Positions 25,994-32,000 of a stretch of DNA of 32,000 nt are shown here, one piece after another; the stretch's first letter is position 1, and each line of letters opens with the position of its first letter. A program made the translations under genes and the position numbers. The stretch comes from Saccharospirillum sp. (GTDB lineage Bacteria > Pseudomonadota > Gammaproteobacteria > Pseudomonadales > Natronospirillaceae), in NCBI GenBank assembly GCA_022565595.1, contig JAIUML010000013.1, positions 56,348-88,347 of the forward strand, given 5' to 3'. The notes under the pieces are model-generated. The model was not told the DNA's origin. It ran no database searches and saw only the letters and a program-made list of their open reading frames with translations.

Positions 25994-27859
25994 TTACCAG
26001 CCCTGGGTTTCATCGCGACCGCGTACACCCAGCCTGGCCAGTAGCGACATCCAATGGCGGCTGGCGTCAGTAAAGGCATCAAAGGTCTGGTATTGGTTGG
26101 CGCCCCAGCCCACTTCGGCCAGGGCCAACAGGCGTGGGAAGAACATGAACTCGGCCTCTTCCCGAGTGCTGACCAGTTCGGTCCACAGGCAGGCCTGGAT
26201 GCCTTTTATATGCTCCCTGGCGGTTCCGGCTATGCCTTCTATTGGTTGGTATTCCCATGCCTGCTTCAGGTTCACCGTGCCAGCCCAATAGTAGCCGGGG
26301 TCGTTTTCTTCTGTGCTGATGGCCAGGTCCAGATAGCAATGCTGGGCCGGCGTCATGACCACCGGGTGGCCCGCTTCTGCCGCGTTTTTGCCTGCCTGGG
26401 TGCCCTGCCAGGAGAGCACCCAGGTGGCCGGGCTGACGGCCTCGCCGGTGCGGATTTCTTCCCAGCCCATGGTCACTTTGCCGCGTTGCTGCAGGTAGTG
26501 CTCCAGCCGGGCCATAAAGTCGCCATGCAGGTCTGACACCGGCCGTTGATGTTCGGCCGCCCAGGTCAGGGCCGCAGGGGATTGCTGCCAGACGCCTTCG
26601 GGCACTTCGTCCGAACCGAGATGAAACAGCTCACCGGGGAATAACTCGCACCATTCATCAATCAAAGTGGTGATGACCGACCAGGTCGATTCCAGAGCCG
26701 GGTTCAGGGTGTTGTCACTGTAGTGTTGAACGCTTTTGTAGACCGACTGATCTTCCGCCTCCACCAGTTCAGGCAGGCTCTTGAGCAGGGCGCGGGCATG
26801 GCCGGGGATGTCCATTTCCGGGATAACGGTCAGGCCAAGCTCTGCTGCGCGTTCGACCACGGCGCTGATCTCCCCCTTGCTGTAGCAGCCACCATAGGGC
26901 GCTGGTCCTGTGCCCATTTGCGGTGGCAACGGCAGATCATGGCCACGCCAGCAGGCGAGTTCGGCCAGTTGCGGAAAGGCATCGCTGGGTACCCGCCAGG
27001 CGTCGTCGTCGGTCAGGTGCCAATGGAAGTGGTTGAACTGAAAGAGGGCGAACAGATCAAGCCATTCGACCAGGGTTCCGGTCGGGAAAAAGTGCCGCAC
27101 CACATCCAGATGAACGCCTCTGTACTCAAAGCGGGGGGAGGCTTCCAGGTAACAGTCCGGCAGGCTACCCAGGGTTTGCCACTGCAACAACAGTTGCAGC
27201 CAATAGGCCTGCACGGCCTGTCGCCCGGCGCTGTCTCGGTAGCTGAGTTCGGCACCCCCTTCGGACAGTCTCAGCCGGCAAGCTGTTTCCAGTTCAGGTT
27301 CATGCACCAGCCGGCACGGCAAGCCTTCTGAGCCCAGGTTGACCGGAGCAGTGCCACTTAAACGAGAAGACAGGCGTTCTAGCCAGTTCTGCTGCCAGCC
27401 CTCACCCAGCAACTTGAATTGACCGGGCCAGGGCAGACGTTCAGAGCCAGGTTCCCATTGCTGGGGGCGAGGTATGAGCTGGGGTGACCGATCGAGCGGC
27501 GTTGCCTCCGCGAACTGCCGGTCCGGTTGGCGCTCTGCGATCACTTGTTGTGGGCCCTGTTCCGTTACCACATAGATGCCGTAAGGCAGATCGGTCAACT
27601 TGTAGGGTTTGCCGGCACCACAGAATTCGATGGACAGGGGTTTTTGCCCTTCCCAGGCTTCTTCCAGTTGCAGGCAATGCCAGTCCCCCTGACGTTGTTT
27701 GAGCTCGGCACCGCTCAGGCTCTGCGCGTTCATCGGGTGTGCGAGGCTGAAGCACAGTTGCCGTGCAGCCGTTTTCAGCCCAGCCTCCGCCTTCAGTTGC
27801 ATGTGCAGGCGATAACCGGATTCGGCAGCCAGAAAAGCGCAGTGAGCAGTCAGGGTCAT
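25994..27859 (-). CDS. GH20 beta-N-acetylhexosaminidase (chitobiase), probably cytoplasmic
   Basis: GH20 signatures present are NHFHWHLTDDDAWR and HLGSDEV. No signal peptide is evident. Confidence 0.88.
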   Translation of the reverse strand: MTLTAHCAFLAAESGYRLHMQLKAEAGLKTAARQLCFSLAHPMNAQSLSGAELKQRQGDWHCLQLEEAWEGQKPLSIEFCGAGKPYKLTDLPYGIYVVTEQGPQQVIAERQPDRQFAEATPLDRSPQLIPRPQQWEPGSERLPWPGQFKLLGEGWQQNWLERLSSRLSGTAPVNLGSEGLPCRLVHEPELETACRLRLSEGGAELSYRDSAGRQAVQAYWLQLLLQWQTLGSLPDCYLEASPRFEYRGVHLDVVRHFFPTGTLVEWLDLFALFQFNHFHWHLTDDDAWRVPSDAFPQLAELACWRGHDLPLPPQMGTGPAPYGGCYSKGEISAVVERAAELGLTVIPEMDIPGHARALLKSLPELVEAEDQSVYKSVQHYSDNTLNPALESTWSVITTLIDEWCELFPGELFHLGSDEVPEGVWQQSPAALTWAAEHQRPVSDLHGDFMARLEHYLQQRGKVTMGWEEIRTGEAVSPATWVLSWQGTQAGKNAAEAGHPVVMTPAQHCYLDLAISTEENDPGYYWAGTVNLKQAWEYQPIEGIAGTAREHIKGIQACLWTELVSTREEAEFMFFPRLLALAEVGWGANQYQTFDAFTDASRHWMSLLARLGVRGRDETQGW

Positions 27860-27887
27860 GAGGGGCTCCAGTAATCTTTTATTTTAA

Positions 27888-27916
27888 AGGTATTAAATTG
27901 GTATTGTAATGGATGG
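27888..27916. promoter_or_regulatory. Candidate NagQ-type operator in the divergent GH20/nagK promoter region
   Basis: The site reads aGGTATT-aaat-TGGTATT-gtaa-TGGATgg: three direct heptamers at 11-bp phasing. Confidence 0.55.
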
Positions 27917-28030
27917 TAAAAGATCGTAGTCTAACCGCCATGACTGTTCAAGTGCTGCCGTTCGTTGATGGCATAAAGGCGTGGAGCAGGCTCATAATAA
28001 TCAGAAATAACCGTTTGGAACGCGCAACGC

Positions 28031-28912
28031 ATGAAGCAAGGGTCTAACACAGCACTGTACATGGGCATCGATGGGGGTGGTACCTCCTGCCGGGTGCGCC
28101 TGGCGGATGCCACTGGCAAGCCCCTGGCCGAGGCCCGGACCGGTAGCGCCAATGTGTATCAGGATGCAAACCAGGCCTGGCGTTCTGTCGACGAAGCCAC
28201 TAACCTGGTGTTGCAGAAGGCCGGGCTGGAAGCCGCAGACCGGGCGCGCCTTCATGTGGTGGCTGGCCTGGCCGGCTCCGAAATCAGTCGAGCGGCGGAT
28301 GCCTTCTTGAGTCAGGTGAGCGGTTTTGCCCAGTTCGAGCTGCTCAATGACGGGCAAATTGCCTGCGTTGGTGCCCACGCAGGCCAGCCGGGTGTGTTGC
28401 TGGTGGTGGGTACCGGGGTCATCGGCTTTCGCTGGACGTCAGCGGGCTGGCATCAGGTATCCGGCTGGGGCTTCCCGCTGGATGACATCGGCAGCGGTGC
28501 CTGGCTGGGCCAGCAGGCCGTGCGTGCTGCGCTCTGGCAGCGCGATGGGTTACTGGCGGCTTCCGGCTTGACCGAAGCGGTCTGGCAATATTTCAATCAG
28601 GAGCTGGATGGACTTATTGGTTGGGCCCAATCGGCCCTTTCGGTGGACTATGGTAAGCTGGCGCCTTTGGTAGTGGATTGGTATGAACAAGCCGACCCCA
28701 ATGCCCAGCAGATAGTCGAGCAACAGCGCCAGCGATTGGGGCAGTTGCTGGACGCCTTGCACCAGCCCGGATTGCCGATAGTGATCACCGGCGGCCTCAG
28801 TGACTTTGTTGTCCAGGGGCTCGCAGCACACCATCGGCAATGGCTGCGACCCGCTCAAGGTGACGCTCTGGATGGGGCTTTGCGGTTGGCACAACACAAA
28901 GGTGCTCACTGA
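28031..28912 (+). CDS. nagK: N-acetylglucosamine kinase (BadF/BadG/BcrA/BcrD ATPase family)
   Basis: It has the N-terminal phosphate-1 motif YMGIDGGGTSCRVRL and a second motif, LVVGTGVIG. The nag cluster context supports the call. Confidence 0.8.
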   Translation: MKQGSNTALYMGIDGGGTSCRVRLADATGKPLAEARTGSANVYQDANQAWRSVDEATNLVLQKAGLEAADRARLHVVAGLAGSEISRAADAFLSQVSGFAQFELLNDGQIACVGAHAGQPGVLLVVGTGVIGFRWTSAGWHQVSGWGFPLDDIGSGAWLGQQAVRAALWQRDGLLAASGLTEAVWQYFNQELDGLIGWAQSALSVDYGKLAPLVVDWYEQADPNAQQIVEQQRQRLGQLLDALHQPGLPIVITGGLSDFVVQGLAAHHRQWLRPAQGDALDGALRLAQHKGAH

Positions 28913-29685
28913 TGTCGACCGTACGAAACGACCAGGCGTTGATAGAATTCCTGAAGCCGGATACCTCAAGGCCCGGCTCGCTCTACACCCAATTGTCTCG
29001 ATCACTGACCCAGGCCATCCACGAAGGCCTGCTCGAAGACGGTGACTATTTATTGCCTCAGCGCGAACTGGCCGAAGTGCTGGGTGTTTCCCGTGTCACG
29101 GTGCGCAAGGCCATTGAAGCACTGGTCAGCGAAGGCTTATTGCGACAGCGGCAGGGCGCCGGCACGGTGGTAACGAGCGGTGGCAAACAGTCCATTCACA
29201 AGAATCTTTCGGTGCTGAACAGCTTCACCGAAGACATGCAGATGCGCGGCATGACGCCTTCTTCTGAGTGGGTCAGCCGCAACACAGTGCAAGCCTCACC
29301 GCGCGAAGCCATGGCCTTGAACCTGTCGCCCGGTACCGGCGTTAGCCGCTTTGTGCGAGTGCGCTTTGCTTCAGAAACGCCCATGGCCTACGAAATCGCC
29401 GCCGTGCCGACCAGCATTATCGCCACGGCCGCGCAAGTGAGGGAGTCACTCTACGCGGAATTAGGCAAGGCCGGAGCGCGGCCAGTGCGAGCCCTGCAAA
29501 CGATGACGGCTCACAACGCCGACGCCGAAGTGGCGCGCTATTTGAAAATTGTCCCCGGTGATGCAGTGCTCTATATCGAACGCCAGGGGTTCGATGCCAA
29601 TAATCGCCCAGTTGAATTTACCCGCTCCTGGTATAGGGGTGATATTTACGATTTTGTAACCGAGTTGTCGACCGTATCGAACTGA
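28912..29685 (+). CDS. nagQ: GntR/HutC-family transcriptional regulator (NagQ-like) with a UTRA effector domain
   Basis: It has the GntR HTH LPQRELAEVLGVSRVTVRKAIEALVSEGLLRQRQGAGTVV. Its start overlaps the nagK stop by 1 nt (TGATG). The symbol is assigned by context and motif recollection only. Confidence 0.8.
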   Translation: MSTVRNDQALIEFLKPDTSRPGSLYTQLSRSLTQAIHEGLLEDGDYLLPQRELAEVLGVSRVTVRKAIEALVSEGLLRQRQGAGTVVTSGGKQSIHKNLSVLNSFTEDMQMRGMTPSSEWVSRNTVQASPREAMALNLSPGTGVSRFVRVRFASETPMAYEIAAVPTSIIATAAQVRESLYAELGKAGARPVRALQTMTAHNADAEVARYLKIVPGDAVLYIERQGFDANNRPVEFTRSWYRGDIYDFVTELSTVSN

Positions 29686-29736
29686 TTGTACTGAACAGTA
29701 CGGTTAGAGCGCAGGGGCATCGACAGCCAGACAGGA

Positions 29737-30882
29737 ATGACTATGCACCAGGCTTTGATTGCGCCAACACTCTTTGATGGATACGACCGTGCAAGTGGTG
29801 TCGCTCTGTTGTTGTCGGGTGAGACCATTGAGGCGGTAGTGCCGGTGAGTGAGATTCCGACTCACTATCAGCGTACTGAGCTGAAAACGGGCCACCTCAG
29901 CGCAGGCCTGATCGATCTACAGGTTAATGGCGGTGGCGGTGTGCTCTGGAATAACCAGCCCGACCGCCAGGCGTTGAATACCATGGCCGCAGGCCATGCT
30001 CGTGCTGGTGTAGCGCGTATTCTACCGACGCTGATCAGCGATACTCCGCAAGTCACCCAACAGGCCGTACAGGCAGCCCTTGCCGCCAGTGCGGATGTGC
30101 ACAGTGGCCTGCTGGGCGTTCATGTTGAAGGCCCATTCTTCAGTCAGGATCGCAATGGGGTGCATCATCGCAACCATTTAAGGCACATTACCGAGAGCGA
30201 TTGGGCCTGGCTGGAAGCAGCGGCTCAGGTTCCGTCCATCGTCACCTTGGCGCCGGAAGAAGTCGCACCAGAAGACATCGCCCGCATGGTGAGCCTGGGC
30301 ATTCGCGTCAGTGCCGGTCACACCAATGCCACTCATCTGGAAGTGAACCGGGCCATTGCTGCTGGCTTGTCGGGTTTTACGCATCTGTTCAACGCCATGC
30401 GGCCGATGAGCGGCCGCGAGCCTGGTGTGGTTGGCTCGGCCCTGTCGGCCGCTAACTGCTGGTGCGGCATCATTGCCGATGGCATTCACGTTCACCTTGA
30501 GAATCTGCGTCTGGCCTTTAACGCCAAGCCCAGAGGCAAGTTGTTTCTGGTGTCCGATGCCATGGCCACAGTTGGCTCTGATGAGAAGCGCTTTCGGCTT
30601 TACGATGAGTGGATCTCTGAGCAGGATGGGTGTCTGGTTAATGCCGAGGGGCGGCTGGCGGGCAGTGCGATTTCGCTGGCGGACGCGGTGCGCTTTTGCA
30701 CCACCGAACTCAAGTTGCCCTTTGACGAAGCCATTGCCATGGCCAGCCGTTACCCGGCCGAATACCTGGGGGTGGATGATCGCTGTGGTGTTTTGCGGCC
30801 AGGGCGCTTGGCCGATGTTACCTGGTTTGACGATCAACTTCAGGTGGCCGGCCTGTGGCGTGCAGGCCACCGCTTATATTGA
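29737..30882 (+). CDS. nagA: N-acetylglucosamine-6-phosphate deacetylase
   Basis: Motifs present are GLIDLQVNGGGGV, GVHVEGPF, SAGHTNA and HLFNAM. Confidence 0.92.
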   Translation: MTMHQALIAPTLFDGYDRASGVALLLSGETIEAVVPVSEIPTHYQRTELKTGHLSAGLIDLQVNGGGGVLWNNQPDRQALNTMAAGHARAGVARILPTLISDTPQVTQQAVQAALAASADVHSGLLGVHVEGPFFSQDRNGVHHRNHLRHITESDWAWLEAAAQVPSIVTLAPEEVAPEDIARMVSLGIRVSAGHTNATHLEVNRAIAAGLSGFTHLFNAMRPMSGREPGVVGSALSAANCWCGIIADGIHVHLENLRLAFNAKPRGKLFLVSDAMATVGSDEKRFRLYDEWISEQDGCLVNAEGRLAGSAISLADAVRFCTTELKLPFDEAIAMASRYPAEYLGVDDRCGVLRPGRLADVTWFDDQLQVAGLWRAGHRLY

Positions 30883-30936
30883 GCGTTGTAACTCACCTCT
30901 CTGGATTGATCTGGCGGCAATGGCCCGCGTCGGCTA

Positions 30937-31028
30937 CCGGTGATGCCTCTGCAGGGTCGGCGTGAATCCTCCCTGGAGCCTAGACCGCAGCATCCATGCT
31001 GCGGACTCCCCTGCTGAGGCATCACCGG
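30937..31028. repeat. 92-nt nested palindromic element between nagA and nagB
   Basis: The outer 13-bp arms are CCGGTGATGCCTC (30937-30949) and GAGGCATCACCGG (31016-31028). CAGGG/CCCTG pairs lie inside them. The inner 9-bp hairpin is CCGCAGCAT-CC-ATGCTGCGG (30985-31004). Confidence 0.6.
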
Positions 31029-31102
31029 CATCCGTCGCTCTAACTGTGCCAATTCCGGAATTTGAGGTGGTAATTGATAAAGGGCTTTTTTAAGGCATCA
31101 AA

Positions 31103-31891
31103 ATGCAAATCATCATCCTCGAAAACGCCGATCAGGTAGCGCAATACGGTGCGCAGCAGTTTGTCGACTTGTTGAATCGCCAACCGGATGCGGTTTTAGG
31201 CCTGGCGACCGGATCAACGCCTGTTGCTCTGTATCAGAACTTGATTCAACGCTATCAGGCTGGCGAAATCAGTTTTGAGCGAGCATCCAGTTTTAATCTG
31301 GATGAATACCTGGGGCTGGCGGGTGACCATCCGCAAAGCTACCGGCATTTCATGAACAGCCAACTGTTCAATCACATCGACATAGCCCCACAGAATACCC
31401 ACATCCCGGATGGTAGTACCGAAGACCCGCTGTCGACCTGCGAACAATATGAGGCGGACATCGTGAAAGCCGGCGGCATCGATCTGCAGTTGCTGGGCAT
31501 TGGCCGGAATGGCCATATTGGTTTTAATGAACCGAGCTCGAGCCTGGCTTCTCGTACTCGCGTGAAGACTCTGACGCCCGATACTGTCGCTGCCAATCAG
31601 CGCTTTTTCAGCGAAGGTGAATTCCAGCCTCGACTCTCCTTGACCATGGGCATCGGCACCATCATGGAAGCGCGTCGCATTCTGTTGCTGGCCACCGGCG
31701 AAACCAAGAGCGCCGCCGTGCGCGAGGCGGTAGAAGGCCCTGTCGCGGCACGCTGCCCTGCCTCCATTTTACAAATGCACCCACGCGCCACCCTGGTGCT
31801 CGACCGCGCTGCGGCCTCGGCGTTAAAGGATGTCGAGTTTTATGAGTATATAGAGCGGGAGAATGAACGGTTGTTGCACGGAGGCGAGTGA
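31103..31891 (+). CDS. nagB: Glucosamine-6-phosphate deaminase
   Basis: Motifs present are [15 protein letters not shown] and [15 protein letters not shown]. Confidence 0.93.
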   Translation: MQIIILENADQVAQYGAQQFVDLLNRQPDAVLGLATGSTPVALYQNLIQRYQAGEISFERASSFNLDEYLGLAGDHPQSYRHFMNSQLFNHIDIAPQNTHIPDGSTEDPLSTCEQYEADIVKAGGIDLQLLGIGRNGHIGFNEPSSSLASRTRVKTLTPDTVAANQRFFSEGEFQPRLSLTMGIGTIMEARRILLLATGETKSAAVREAVEGPVAARCPASILQMHPRATLVLDRAAASALKDVEFYEYIERENERLLHGGE

Positions 31892-31930
31892 CCTGACAGG
31901 CTATCCCGAAAATTCGTGGGGTTAGAAGCT

Positions 31931-32000
31931 ATGTCCGTTCTTGTCATGATGTCAGGCAGCGAGAGCCGTCTGGATGCCATTCAACAGGATTTCTCTGCTC
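31931..32000 (+). CDS. 5' end of an unidentified ORF running off the window
   Basis: ATG at 31931 opens a frame to the window edge (MSVLVMMSGSESRLDAIQQDFSA). It is too short to assign. Confidence 0.25.
   Translation, partial: MSVLVMMSGSESRLDAIQQDFSA

Noticed and set aside
31067-31073. A single TGGTAAT heptamer upstream of nagB could be a third NagQ operator.
   Set aside because: There is only one imperfect heptamer and no phased partners, so the evidence is not enough to call a site.

Overview
This 32 kb window looks like a roughly 55-60% GC proteobacterial chromosome, probably a marine gammaproteobacterium; both the GC figures and the taxon are by-eye guesses. In coordinate order it contains six things. 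(1) 1-3950 is a low-GC island (about 30-40% in sampled lines). It holds a 3' gene fragment, a cluster of GC-rich hairpins, and a translationally coupled pair: a reverse transcriptase with an intact YVDD site and an exonuclease-less family-A (Pol I-like) DNA polymerase. (2) The last ~35 codons of an IS110-family transposase butt directly against the degenerate terminal CRISPR repeat. (3) A type I-F CRISPR array of 68 repeats and 67 spacers runs from 3949 to 7996 and is transcribed on the minus strand. All spacers are 32 bp and 67 of the repeats are identical. (4) A complete type I-F cas locus lies on the minus strand: cas1, cas2-3, csy1/cas8f, csy2/cas5f, csy3/cas7f, cas6f. It is preceded by a WYL-domain regulator gene. 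(5) Next come housekeeping genes: an EamA transporter, a secreted beta-rich protein, a GNAT acetyltransferase and a membrane-anchored EAL protein. (6) Last is a chitobiose/GlcNAc cluster: ABC binding protein and two permeases, cytoplasmic GH20 hexosaminidase, GlcNAc kinase, a GntR regulator, nagA and nagB, with TGGTATT-type operator repeats. Two loci deserve follow-up. The first is the RT plus PolA-like pair, a candidate two-polymerase defence module. The second is the unusually long 467-bp cas2-3/csy1 spacer. It contains a degenerate, plus-strand mini-CRISPR (psiR1, 24-nt psi-spacer, psiR2, intrinsic terminator). The psi-spacer matches a CC-PAM-flanked site 1 nt from the -35 box of a near-consensus promoter reading into csy1. 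This is the signature of a CreA/CreR-type crRNA-like regulator. That promoter's long structured leader carries a strong Shine-Dalgarno and a 10-codon mini-ORF with tandem AGA-AGA codons.
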